DNA of 64,000 nt from Octopus sinensis (GCF_006345805.1 NC_042998.1:192944001-193008000); one strand, 5' to 3'; shown: positions 50,291-64,000, counted from the first letter of the stretch. Numbers and translations: made by a program. Notes: a model not told the origin generated them from the letters alone.

Positions 50291-52233
50291 GCCAGCCTCC
50301 CCTGGAACCTGTGCCAGTGGCACTTAAAAAGCACCATCCGTACATGGTCAATGCCAGCATCACCTTGACTGGCTTCTGTGCTGGTGGCACGTAAAAAGCA
50401 CCAACCGATCGTGGCCGTTACCAGCCTCCCCTGGCACCTGTACCGGTGGCACGTAAAAAGCACCCACTACACTCATGGAGTGGTTGGCATTAGGAAGAGC
50501 ATCCAGCTGTAGAAGCACTGCCAGATCAGACTGGAGCCTGGTGCAGCCTCCTGGCTTCCCAGACCCTGGTCGAACCGTCCAACCCATGCTAGCATGGAAA
50601 ACGGACGTTAAACGATGATGATGATGATGATATATATACATATATAAATGGCGCAGGAGTGGCTGTGTGGTAAGTAGCTTGCTAACCAACCACATGGTTC
50701 CAGGTTCAGTCCCACTGCGTGGCATCTTGGGCAAGTGTCTTCTGCTATAGCCCCGGGCCGACCAATGCCTTGTGAATGGATTTGGTAGACGGAAACTGAA
50801 AGAAGCCTGTCGTATATATGTATATATATATATGTGTGTGTGTATATGTTTGTGTGTCTGTGTTTGTCCCCCTAGCATTGCTTGACAACCGATGCTGGTA
50901 TGTTTATGTCCCCGTCACTTAGCAGTTCGGCAAAAGAGACCGTTAGAATAAGCACTGGGCTTACAAACAATAAGTCCCGGGGTCGAGTTGCTCGATTAAA
51001 GGCGGTGCTCCAGCATGGCCGCAGTCAAATGACTGAAACAAGTAAAAGAGTATATGCATATGTAATTGTGTGTGCGTTTGTAGATATATCTGTAGAGTTG
51101 TGAAGACTGATGTCAAGAGGCTGAACCTTCACAAACGAGATGACAAGAGGCCATGACTTGTGATGAAGCTCTGTGCATGAGAGGACCTACCCAACCCATG
51201 CAAAGGAAAAAGGATGCAAACATGGATGATGATGTTGATAGTGATGGGGATCAGCTTGTATAACATTTATATTTCAGTCTCTCCCAATTAATATATTCAT
51301 ATTAAGTCATCATGTTCTGCTCTCCAATTCTCATTTATCACTCGCTCTCCCTCCCCCCTACCTGTATCTCTTCACTGTAACCCTATTTTTCTCCCATCAT
51401 GCACTCTATAAACCGAGGGATGTAATTGCATAACGATCTCTGTATTCATTTACTCTTTACTATTACCCCCTACTTTATTACTAACCATCTCTCCCTCTCT
51501 CTCTGTCCCTTTATTTCATCCTCTATCACGCATTATTAAAATCTATGACCTCCACTCCATCCTCTATCATTTATTTTAATATTCATATCTCTCTTTCTTT
51601 TTCTCTCTCTCTCTTTCTCTTACTTTCACTTTCTCTTTCTCTCTCTTTTCACCCATCATCCATCATCCGCTTCCAGTACTTTTTCATCAATCAGTTCATC
51701 ACTCTCCTACCACTCCTGCACTTCTCCCTTCCACGCTGCTCTTCCTGTTTCTTTCCAAACCCATTACCAACAAGCGTCAATGCATTCTGTAAAATGGTTG
51801 CAGCATGAACAATGGCATCGACTGGAATGGTCTCTGTAGTCATGCCAAGAATATTACATTCTGTTTAGTGCACTCAAGTACATGCTGAAGTGGTTGATGA
51901 TAAGAAGGGCATGCAAAAAAAAAAAATGTTCAAGTGTGATTTTGTTCTGTTTAAGAGGGTAGTAACTCCAAATAAAAAACTGGCTTGGTTGTAATAAACC
52001 ATCCAACCCGAGCCAATTGGGTAAAGCAGATGTGAAATGATGATGATGTTTGACATCATCATCATCGTTTAACATCCACCTTCCATGCTGGCATGGGTTG
52101 GTGTCTATATATATATATAAAACATTGTATATACATACGCACACAAACACACTGTATGGCATCTTGGGTAACTGTAGTCCTGAGCTGTCAAAGCCTTGTG
52201 ATTTGATTTGGTAGATAGAAACTGAAAAAAGCT

Positions 52234-52284
<51 letters not shown>

Positions 52285-52450
52285 TGTGTGTTTGTCCTTC
52301 ATTTGTTTATGTCACCAGAACTTGGCTGTTCAGAAAATGAGATCAATAGAATAAGTGCCAAACTTTTAAAAATAATAATAATTGGAGTGAATCCTTCAAG
52401 GTGGTACCCTAACATGGCTGCAATCCAATGACTGAAACAAGTAAAAGATA

Positions 52451-52495
<45 letters not shown>

Positions 52496-52594
52496 TAATC
52501 CAAACATGAAAACACAATGGGAAAACACAACAACTCGAGGACATGGAACAAATATAGTATTATTGGACGCTCAGGAAGGAAGGAAAGAAGGAGG

Positions 52595-52629
52595 GTTTAA
52601 TGTTTCGAGCGGAGCTCTTCGTCAGAAAC
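52595..52629 (-). ncRNA. Near-intact minimal type-I hammerhead ribozyme motif in a Penelope-like end (52495-52710)
   Basis: Minus strand guuu-CUGACGA-A-GAGC-UCC-GCUC-GAAA-CAU-U-aaac. Core boxes intact; one G to A change breaks the ACGU palindrome of helix III. Confidence 0.65.
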
Positions 52630-52728
52630 ATAGGAAAAGGAAAGATCCAAAGAAGGGAAGACAGAAGAAAAAAATCGCCAACGGTACACACACAGTCACA
52701 TTTTGAATATATATATATATATATATAG

Positions 52729-52759
<31 letters not shown>

Positions 52760-53541
52760 TATTTTTTTTTTTTTTCAGTCAAATTTAAATTCATTTGAAT
52801 ATGGTACTTAAGTTAAATGCACCAGAATTTAGTATGGTATTATCCATATAATTCAAAATGGGGTGATTACAATCAAAATATGCAACAAGGATATCCAGAG
52901 GTAATGCAGTACGATCGTTTCATGTGACTCCATTTAATTGAACAATGCAAATATTAAATCAATTTTGAAATGTAGACCAATCTTCAGCTGCATAAAAATA
53001 TAGAATTTAGTTAAATTCAAAGGATTCATTTGTATAGATTTTCTAATAACCAAAATCACCAAGAGGATGAGTAGATAGACAAAGAACATGAAATTAAATT
53101 CAGATAAGAGTTGGCAACAGGCAGAGCATCCTTAAAATATCCTGTCTTAATTAACCTCTCCGTTTAAGCTTTGCTAGCATAGCAAAATAGACAAATGAGT
53201 GAATGAACAAGCATACATATGAGTGTGTGTGTGTGTGTATTGTATAGTAAATGCCATGAACAATATAAAAAAGAAAAAGGCAACATAGGGGGGGTAATGT
53301 TTAGCAAGTACTGTAATAGCTTAGCACTTAAAAGGATAGGGGGAAAACAATATCTTGTTTCAGACGTTAGGCCTTCAAAGTAAGAGGAAAGAAAGGAAGG
53401 ATGAGAAAGAGAAAAAAACTGGGTGGGAGATTAGGAGCTAAGTGGGAATGCAGTTATGTAAGGGTTCATTTAACATCTATCTTTTCGTGCTGACATTTGT
53501 TGGATTGAGGGAATTTGTAGTAGGATGCCCTTCCTTTTACC

Positions 53542-54148
<607 letters not shown>

Positions 54149-56485
54149 AATTGGACATGGAGGAAGTGGTGTGTGGTGTGTTTGGTGGGGGTTATGCGTG
54201 TGTAGATGTATGCGAGTGTGAAAGTTTAGTGGTGTAGTTTAGTGTGGATGTGAGGTATTGGTGTGTGTAATCGTTAACTGTGTGTGAGAAATGCATGGAT
54301 GTGAGGAAGTGGCAGCTGGCACCAGCGTGAGGTATAGGGGAAGAGCTGGCAGAATCTTTAGGGCGCCGGGTGAAATGCTTTAGTGGTATTTCGTCTGCCG
54401 TTACGTTCTGAGTTCAAATTCCACTGAGGTCGACTTTGCCTTTCATCCTTTTGGGGTCGATTAAATAAGTACCAGTTACGCACTGGGGTCGATGTAATCG
54501 ACTTAATCCGTTTGTCTGTCCTTGTTTGTCCCCTCTGTGTTTAGCCCCTTGTGGGTGGTAAAGAAATAGGTATAGGGGAAGGTAATGGAGGTTATGATAG
54601 AAGTGTTTGCAAGCATATGATTGTGAGACACTGTTAGTTAGAAGAAAGTATGAATGAAAGAAATGAAAAAGAAAAGAAAAGGTATGTGTTCAAGGAGAGA
54701 TGAGAGGTCAGAGACAGATTAATTACAAAGCAAAACTCTGGTTTAAATGTTAAATTAAAGCAAAAATTATATATTTTGTGGGAGAAGAAAAAAATAATTT
54801 TTAAATTACTAAACGCTAGTGAAAAGTCAAAGGTAGGTTACACCACATTGGTGAAAAGTCCTAGGATGGTGAGGAGGTGGTAAAATAGTTAGGTGAGCTA
54901 CATGGAAAGTGATAGATACGTGGGCACATGTCAGACTGTGAAGTGGTTTTGTGGGGGGTGGGGGTGTTTGGGATTTTTTTTATAGAAGAAAGAAAACTGG
55001 AGAGAAATAAGTAATTTTTTAAAATTACATGACTAGTAGGAAATTCAGTGTGTGTATTTGTGTGTTTATGTGTGTGTGTGTGTATGTGCATGTGTGTATG
55101 TGCATGTGTGTATGTGCATGTGTGTGTGTGTATGTGTGTGTGTGTATGTGTGTGTGTGTGTATGTGTGTGTGTGTATGTCTGTGTGTATGTGTGTGTGTG
55201 TAAACTATAACTCTGTGAATTGAGTTTTGCAGTAGAACTGAAAACCAAACTCTCAGACCAACTTGGTGATGAATTCAATAGCATCAATAATAATAATTCT
55301 AGAGAATATATGAGGATATATATATTTCTGCTCTTGCATCATTTTCTCTTTCATGCTTGTATTCTCATCACATATCAATTGCAAACACAGGATGCTGTTC
55401 CCAATATATAAATAAAATATCATTATTCTATGTCCATTTTCTATATCATCATTATATTGGCTTCAAGTTTTATCTGTTTTCATGAAAGCCTTTCCAGATT
55501 TCTTTATTAATCCTTCACATTTGTTCTGGAGAATTAAAAACCCTCAATTCTTTGATAATTTCTATTTTTCTATCATCCTCTTATCTTTCAGATGAAGTCC
55601 TTATTGTCGTCGTGTTATTGTCGTTTTATAGCAGGTAGAAATCATGGGATTGATACCATATGGATGTTGTTATATTTCTTGCTTTTTTTAGTTTGCTCTC
55701 AACACTCAGTTTTATTTACCACAACGATGTGTTGAATGTTAATTTTATCATCTTGTATATTGTTATTAATATAGCTTCCATAATTAATCTTCTATTCTAG
55801 TTTTTGTGTGAATTAACAGATGGTTTATATCCAGTTTTTTGGGGTTTTTTTGTGTAACCACAGATCAAATCCATGATCAAAGACATTTCATTCAAACTAT
55901 TTTGGGACATAGTATATCTAGAACCATAATTATCAGTTTGTTCTTTGGTTTTTGAAGACAGCACAATGTTATTTTTGGGAAACGTGACTGCTATTTCTAG
56001 CAAGCATTATAACACTGTAATTGTGCAGTGTAGATCAGTGCAACATTTCCCTGCTGTAAACATTTTGCCAGCTAGGAAGAAAACATTTTTGTTTGTTCCT
56101 TCTCGAGCCATGCCTGGCTCATAAGGGCCAGTTTCCCGGTTTCTTGGTGTATAGGTTCCCCACCTGGACTGGATGCTGGTCCGTCATAGGTGAGCTGCAT
56201 GATGCAGGAGGAAAGAGTGGGAGAAAGTTGTGGCGAAAGAGTCAGCAGAAGTTTGCCATGACCTTCTGCCGGAGTCGCGTGGAACTTAGGTGTTTTCGCT
56301 CATAAACACACACATTGCCCGGTCTGAGATTCGAACCTACGATCCACTGCTCTAACCACTAGGCCATGTGCCTCCACACAGGAAGAAAACATTGGTCTTA
56401 TATGACCAATGTAACAGTTAAAGTAATAAAATTTATATCTTCCCTCAACCATTTATGAATATCTTTCAGCAATTTGTGCAGGATA

Positions 56486-56713
56486 TTAACCCTTTTGTTA
56501 CTAACCCGGCCAAAACCGGCTCTGGCTCTGTGGTAAAATGTCTTATTTTCATAAGTTTTGAATTAAAATCTTCCACCAAGCCTTAGTCACAATTTTTGTT
56601 CCAAACACCAGCTTAATGATAACTAAGTTATTTTACAAAATTCTTTGTTATATTTAAAATGATTGAAAGAAACACAGAGCATCTCAAAATAAATACAGTA
56701 ATGAAAGGGTTAA
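56486..56713 (+). mobile_element. Monomeric TTAA MITE
   Basis: ttaa-CCCTTTTGTTAC...GTAATGAAAGGG-ttaa. Confidence 0.9.
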
Positions 56714-59044
56714 AAAATGCAACAAAAGCAAGAACAGAAGAAAAAAAAAGAATTTTGCTTCTGGAATAAAGTTTCTTGCAATATTTGTAATGCTAAAACA
56801 AATTTTACTCCAGCCTTCAAAAATACTGTGAACAAGTGATTTTTCCATAGTAAACCTGTTACCAGTGTCATTATTTATTGTCCACTAATTGCAATATAAA
56901 ATTGGGAAAAAATTAAATACTCATCCAAAGTTGATATGGAAGAAGAGAAGTAAATGTGAGATATGTCAGAGAATGTAGTTTTAGCACACATTTTTGAAGG
57001 TTTGGTATGAGTAGATTCTATATGTTGTTTTCTAACATCTGCATCATGATATATCAAAATATTAATCAAATAAGAAATAAGTAGGTGTATAAACTTATTC
57101 ATATAAAATATATCTGTTCTAGAATTGATAATTGTATTTCATTATCTCAACTACCACTTATTTTTCCAAAGTTTCCGTTGTAGAAAATTCCTTCCATAGC
57201 AGTATATACTTGCATTACTCACAAATTTTCTCTTCTTGTCTTTGACATTTCTCCTAAGATTAGAACTTTTGATATTTTTTTTTTCCAATTCTGATTTTTA
57301 AAGACCATTCCATTTCTCCTTTGTAAATTTATTTTGAAATGTAAATTTCTGAAACCAATTTCTTCGCAAAAGAGAGAAAAATCATGCATAAGTTGCCAGC
57401 CTTACCTGGTCCCTGTGCCGGTGGCACGTAAAACGCACCATCCGTCCATGGCCGCCGTTTGCCAGCTCCGTCTGGCACCTGTGCTGGTGACACGTAAAAA
57501 GCACCCACTACACTCACGGAGTGGTTGGCGTTAGGAAGGGCATCCAGCTGTAGAAACACTGCCAGATCAGACTGGGCCTGATGCAGCCTTCTGGCTTCCC
57601 AGACCCCAGTTGAACCGTCCAACCCATGCTAGCATGGAAAGCAGACGCTAAATGATGATGATGATGATGATGATGAAGTTTACAAAATTTGTATTAAAGT
57701 CTTCCTTTAAAAGTCTTGCTTAATACATAACATGTTGTACATGTAAAATAGTTCCTTGGAAACTGTCTGAATTTGTAGAATAATTTCAGAAAAGCAATGA
57801 AAAACTACCCTAAAATGCTTCTATCATTTTTCTCAACTGACATGTGTCACATAATTACCTTTCACGAATCACAAACATTTCTGGAGCTGCTATTTACCTC
57901 CATTTCCCATTAGGTTTGTTCTGCAAATGAAGCTAAATCTGGTCTTTTCAACGACTCTCATGCAATTCTATTAAAAAAATATTAAAGATTCATCTCTGTA
58001 TGTTATGTTATTCTTCAGCTGTTTGCACTGTTCACTAGTCTTTCATTTATGATTTATGATGTTAAATACTTAGTTTTATTTAGCTGTTGTTATTTGTTTC
58101 CTGAATTTTAAAGTTTTTCCATTGGCGGATAATGGATGACAGAATGGTAAAAGCATTCGACAAAATACTTAATGGTATTGGCTGTGGATTTTCACAATAG
58201 AAGTTTAAACTCTCCCATCATCATCATCATCATCATCATCGTTTAGCGTCCGCTTTCCATGCTAGCATGGGTTAGACGGTTCAACTGGGGTCTGTGAAAC
58301 CAGAAGGCTGCACCAGGCCCAGTCTGATCTGGCAGTGTTTCTACGGCTGGATGCCCTTCCTAACGCCAACCACTCCGTGAGTGTAGTGGGTGCTTTTTAC
58401 GTGCCACCCGCACAGGTGCCAGACGGAGCTGGCAAACATCCACGGACGGATGGTGCTTTTTATGTGCCACCCGCACGGGGGCCAGGCGAGGCTGGCAAAT
58501 GGCCACAGACGGATGGTGCTTTTTACGTCTCACCGGCACGGAGGCCAGGCGAGGCTGGCAAACGGCCACGGACGGATGGTGCTTTTTACGTGTCACCAGC
58601 ACGGAGGCCAGTCAGGGTGGCGCTGGCAACGGCCACGATCGGATGGTTCACTTACTTGTCACCGGCACTGGTATCACAGCCGCAATTTCCATTGACGTTG
58701 ATCGACTTCGATTTTGGTTCTCCTATAAAGTAGTAAATTGGCAGCATTGTTAGAACATTCTTGTAGACATTTGTTCCATTTCTCTGTCCTCTACGTTCAA
58801 ATCCCACCAAGGCCAACGTTTCTCTTCATCAGTAAAGTCTCAGTCTTGGGAGATGGTCTGTTTGGATTGATAGAGCATCTGCGAGGATGCTTTGTGTTCT
58901 AAGTTCAAAATCCTGTTTAGACCACGATTATAGTGAGGTAACCACTTCTTGATAGACCAAGCAGTTAACAATAGCCTCAAACTCAAAATGGTTTATGTCC
59001 TTATGGAGTAGGAACAAAGATCATATAGATCACAAGGTGACAAC

Positions 59045-59520
59045 AATCATCATCATCATTGTTCGACCGTGGTCGAGACAATGGAATTTACCATGCTACG
59101 CCAGACTTCACGGTCCATCATGGCATTACGGAGGTCCTGTTGCTGGATGCCTGTATCCCTGGAGATTACATCAGGGTAGGAGAGTGTGCGCCCTCTGGTA
59201 TCGCGAGCAGATGGCTTCCTGAGGAGAAGAGTAGAAATTGCCTCGTTTTCAGATCTACAACAATGTCCAGCAAACTGGACTCTCCTACCTTTCACAAGAG
59301 ATGACACAGGTGGTAGTTTCCCATATATTTGCATTTTGGTTGAATGGCGCTTCCACGAGAGATTTTGAGCTCTCATAAGGAGGCGAGTGTAGGTTCCATC
59401 CAACCGCCTCTCAAGCTTCTTTGATAACGTCCAGGTTTCTGAGCCATATAGTAGAATTGGTTCGACTGTGGCTTTGAAGATTTCAAGTTTGAAGTCTCTA
59501 CTTAGATTTGATGACCAGAT
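59045..59520 (-). mobile_element. RTE/RTEX-clade LINE 3' fragment with a nearly intact ORF2 C-terminus
   Basis: IFKATVEPILLYGSETWTLSKKLERRLDGTYTRLLM...RRVQFAGHC...DREVWRSMV, with a (TGA)n tail right at the stop. Confidence 0.92.
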
Positions 59521-61322
59521 AGTCAACAATAGTACCATGGTTGAATGACTTTGCTTCCATTCTTCTGACATTAAGAAAAGTACACATGGTGTGGCTGATG
59601 CATCATTCTCTATCCTAAACTCTCCAGATTTGTGCCTATGTTAGAAACTAATATTTCATTGGAGGGTCATCCTTTCCTGGCTCTGTATTATTAGTTTTGC
59701 TTCATTTCTTTTCTCTAACATTTCATTCTTTTGGTCATGTTACTAAATATAGAACTTTTACCATCCTGCCAAATATTTAGTCTAACCTCAATCTTTGCAA
59801 GTGAATCTAAATGGTTATTTAATCTTTTCATAACAGACAAGTCTACTTAGTGGGTAGATTTCTCAAATATCATTTTGCTTATGGACAGGACTTACACCTT
59901 CAAACTATGTGCTTATACTCTCTTCTTCTCTATCAGTTTTAACTACTACATGTATTGCTGTAACTTATATATATATGTATGTATTACACACCCATATGTA
60001 CATTTATACATTTACATCATCTTTATCATTTAATGTCCGTTAAATGATAATGATGATGAGGAGGAGGATGATGATGATACATATAAATGCAGGTGCCTAT
60101 TCTCAATCACGCGTACATCATCATCGCTTAACGCCCATTTTCCATGCTGGCATGGGTTGGACGGTTTGACTGAGGACTGGCAAGCCAGTAGGCTGCACCA
60201 GGCTCCAATCTGATCTGGCAAGGTTTCTACAACTGGATGCCCTTCCTAATGCCAACCACTCTGAGAGTGTAGTGGGTGTTTTTTACCTGCTGCCAGCATG
60301 GGAGCCAGTTAGGTGGCACTGGCACTGACCACATTTGGATGGTGCTTTTTACATGCCACTGGCATGGGGAGCAAGTCGGGCAGCACCCAGCATCGACCCA
60401 CACTTGAATGGTGCTTATTGCATGTCACCAGCACGGATGCCAGTCAGGCAGCACTGGCATCAGCAACAACTATGATTTCGATTTTGATTTCAATTTTACT
60501 TGACTGAATAGGTCTTCTCAAGCACAGCGTATTGCCCGATGAGTCAAGGGTTCTTTTAAATGGGCTGGTTATGCGACACTGGTATCAGCCCTGCCTGTGA
60601 TCTGGCTTTGCTTGCAGGGTCAGTCGCCATGATTTCGATTTCACTTGACTCAACAACTCCATCGTTAAAAGTTCAGTATCTTCCAACTTTTTAAAGAACT
60701 TTCTGTTTTCTTCCTTTATTACTTTAAGAGTAGATTTTTCTATCAATGCATAAGTAATGTCTGGTTAAACATCAACTAGAGTTCCCTGAAACAGCCAAAT
60801 CCAAACAGAAAAATTTTGCTTTATTCAACTTTTTAAGTTTTCACCAATCTCCCTGACACTGCTTCTCACTGTTTACTTTTTTTTTGTTTTTTGCTGTTTT
60901 TTTTGTTTCTTCACCCACTTCTCTTTCTATTTTAAGATATCATTCCCTAACGAAGGACAATCCAAACAAAAACACTCCCATTCTATCAACAAAGCAATAT
61001 ATTTCTTGTTAAAATAAACCTAGGAATACAAGCTTTCCTAGAATAGTTCCCAGTCAAGCATGAAGCTAAAAGCAGCAATCTAATGATATACTGATTTCAA
61101 ATTTTTGCACGAGGCCAGCAACTTCAGGGGAGGAAGTAAATTGATTACATCAACCCAATTGTTCAACTGATACTTATTTTATCAACCCCAAATGGCTGAA
61201 AGTCAACCTTGGTGGAATTTGAACCCAGAACATGAAGATAGATGAAATGCTGCTTAGCACTTCATCCAGCATGCTAACAATTCTGCCAGCTTGCCTCCTC
61301 AATATAAAGATTATATTAACAA

Positions 61323-62110
61323 AAGGTGGTGAGCTGGTAGAAACGTGAGCACGCCGGGCGAAATGCTTAGTGGTATTTCGTCTGCCATTACGTTCTGAGT
61401 TCAAATTCCACCGAGGTCGACTTTGCCTTTCATCCTTTCGGGGTCGATTAAATAAGTACCAGTTATGCACTGGAGTCAATATAATCGACTTAATCCATTT
61501 GTCTGTCCTTGTTTGTCTCCTCTGTGTTTAGCCCCTTGTGGGTAGTAAAGAAATAGGTATTTCGTCAGTCTTTATGTTCTGAGTTCAAATTCCGCTGAGG
61601 TCGACTTTGCCTTTCATCCTTTATGGGCCAATTAAATAAGTACCAGTTATGCACTGGGGTCGATATAATCGACTTAATCCGTCTGTCTGTCGTTGTTTGT
61701 CTCCTCTGTGTTTAGCCCCTTGTGGGTGGTAAAGAAATAGGTATTTCGTCTGTCTTTACATTCTGAGTTCAAATTCCGCTGAGGTCGACTTTGCCTTTCA
61801 TCCTTTCGGGGTCGATTAAATAAGTACCAGTTATGCACTGGGGTCGATATAATCGACTTAATCCGTCTGTCTGTCGTTGTTTGTCTCCTCTGTGTTTAGC
61901 CCCTTGTGGGTGGTAAAGAAATAGGTATTTTGTCTGTCTTTACATTCTGAGTTCAAATTCCGCTGAGGTCAACTTTGCCTTTCATCCTTTCAGGGGTCGA
62001 TAAATTAAGCACCAGTCGCGTACTGGGGTCGATGTAATCAACTGGGCCTCGCCACAAAAAAAAATTTTTTTTTAAATTCAGGCCTTGTGCCTTGAGTAGA
62101 AAACAATATA
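61323..62110 (+). repeat. Tandem multimer of the family C SINE body, 184-bp period
   Basis: gtattt unit starts at 61373, 61557, 61741 and 61925. Only the first unit has the tRNA box A head. Confidence 0.92.
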
Positions 62111-62771
62111 AAGATTGTATTAACAATAAATTTTCTGGGTATAAATTGATCTTTGAAAGGTTTAGTAATGTGTTGTGATTTGATGCTTGGAATCGTTGGT
62201 AAACTTAGGAAACTCTCATAATTAGTGTTGCCATGAAACTGAAACCATTATTGATTTGTGAACACCTAATAGTTTTGGTGTGTGGTGAGGAAGGGAGTTG
62301 TTATTAATGTGCTTGATTCCTCCAATAAAAGTGATTCTACTAACCCTCTATCACCCCATCAATTCATTGTCCATCCCCTCACCTATCCTCTTGCCAGTTC
62401 ACTCTGCTTCCCAATCACTACCATCTTTACCTTCTCCCCGCCAAGCCCCATCCATTCTTATATAATGTTGGGACCCATGTATCTCTTTTGTGGAAAGACA
62501 CCTACACTTATCCCTCTATCAAACTTTAGCCTTTCAACCTCTGACATAAAAACCATCTTCCCTGCTCCATCTCAAATACTTCCCCCCACTTAACTGAGTT
62601 GGCTTTCTCATGCTCTTCTCCTGACTTGTACGTTGCTCGGCAACCTCACTAGCAGTGGAGGTATGGAAAAGATACTCCCAGTACACACTGTAAAGGGGTT
62701 GACACCAGGAAGAGTTTCCAGTCATAGGAAACTATGCTGAAGCTGACATTAGAGTTTGATGCAAACTTGCA

Positions 62772-63025
62772 GCTTGACAGATCCTGTCAAACTATCCAAA
62801 CCATGTCAGTATGGTTTGACAGGTCCTGTCAAACCATCCAAACCATGTCAGTATGGTTTGACAGATCCTGTCAAACCATCCAAACCATGTCAGTATGGTT
62901 TGACAGGTCCTGTCAAACCATCCAAACCATGTCAGTATGGTTTGACAGATCCTGTCAAACCATCCAAACCATGTCAGTATTGTTTGACAGGTCCTGTCAA
63001 ACCATCTAAAACCATGCAAGCAAGG
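62772..63025. repeat. 42-bp hairpin minisatellite, 6 units with alternating A/G variants
   Basis: tttgacag(a/g)tcctgtcaaaccatccaaaccatgtcagtatgg, embedded in a family A-like 3' end. Confidence 0.95.
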
Positions 63026-63665
63026 TCATTCCAAGAACAGGTAATTCAGAGATGGAATAATTTAACAAATTAGAAGGAATGAAAAAATAAGTTGTAAAGA
63101 AGGGAAGCAAGAGTTAAGTAAGTGTAAATATATTGAATGTAGGGAGAATTAGATGGCTTTCTTGATGTAAGAGATAACTTGGAAATTTGACACTAGATTT
63201 AGCCAGCTGCAATGAAAACAAGGAGTGGAATGTTGTTTTACTTCTTTTTCAAATATTTTAAATATTAGTACAAGGGGAGGGGAGGATGTAATGGAAGAAA
63301 AATATTTTGATTTTCAAAGCTGGATGTTTTGGTAAATTAAGACACGAATGAAGTATCAGTAATGATAAGAATATACGTCTTATGATGATGCAGTTACTAG
63401 CAATGGAAGAAAGGAAGAAAAAGAATGAATTTGGTCAATGGAAATTTTGTGGAATCCTCTGTGTGTGTGTGTCTGTCTGTCTGTCTGCTTAATAATCTTG
63501 TGTTAGTGAGCTTAGATCTTCATAATTTAGCAGTTCTGTGAAAGAGAATTGACATTACAAGTACCAAACTTTAGAATATATATTGGGATCAATTTGATCA
63601 GCAAAACCCAGCATGGCCACAGTCCATTGACTGAAATCAGCAACAAAGATAAGAACAAGTTACTT

Positions 63666-64000
63666 TCCGGGTTCAGTCCCACTGCGTGGTACCTTGGGCG
63701 AGTGTCTTCTACAATAGCCTCGGGCCGACCAAAGCCTTGTGAGTGGATTTGGTAGACGGAAACTGAAAGAAACCTGTCGCATATATATACATATATATAT
63801 GTGTGTGTGCGTGTATGTTTGTGTGTCTGTGTTTGTCCCCCTAGCATTGCTTGACAACCGATGCTGGTGTGTTCATGTCCCCATCACTTAGCGGTTTGGC
63901 AAAAGAGACCAATAGAATAAGTACTGGGCTTACAAAGAATAAGTCCCGGGGTCGAGTTGCTCGATTAAAGGCGGTGCTCCAACATGGCCCCAGTCAAAAT
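63666..64000 (+). mobile_element. Family B SINE, 5'-truncated, running to the window edge
   Basis: Matches 2171-2570 from ccgggttcagtccc onward. Confidence 0.9.

Noticed and set aside
58805-58835. Minus-strand CTGATGA..GAAACGT hammerhead-like string
   Set aside because: There is no stem II and no stem I pairing, and it lies in a decayed family C SINE.
62230-62700. Pyrimidine-rich block that may be a decayed LINE reverse transcriptase on the minus strand
   Set aside because: No motif could be aligned convincingly by eye.
62756-63073. CRISPR-like palindromic repeat array and 14-aa repeat ORFs
   Set aside because: The intervening sequences are identical rather than unique spacers, there are no cas genes, and the context is eukaryotic. 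The ORFs are open only because the unit is 42 bp.

Overview
AT-rich, repeat-dense animal genomic DNA, most likely intronic or intergenic octopus sequence. The species call rests on recognising the repeat families and was not checked against a database. I cannot name any host gene. Several short minus-strand segments have good splice sites and open frames, but equally good plus-strand candidates exist, so they are listed at low confidence. Roughly half of the window is transposon-derived. It holds four tRNA-headed SINE families and about 20 5'-truncated 3' ends of an RTE LINE with a VNTR-bearing UTR. It also holds ORF2 fragments of RTE, CR1-type and R4/Dong (RLE) LINEs, decayed mariner and maT transposons, and two MITE families (8-bp TSD and TTAA). 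Penelope-like ends and abundant micro- and minisatellites complete the picture. Nearly all long ORFs in the supplied track are microsatellite or SINE artefacts. No CRISPR array, rRNA or genuine tRNA was seen. I found no clear new multi-gene system. The best leads are: (1) minimal type-I hammerhead ribozyme motifs in Penelope-like ends; (2) an unidentified decayed ORF with extreme third-position A/T bias and weak resemblance to a Polinton integrase; (3) a SINE-LINE pair sharing a 3' tail; (4) repeated local fold-back inversions that would give long dsRNA; (5) MITE multimers carrying a conserved captured spacer.
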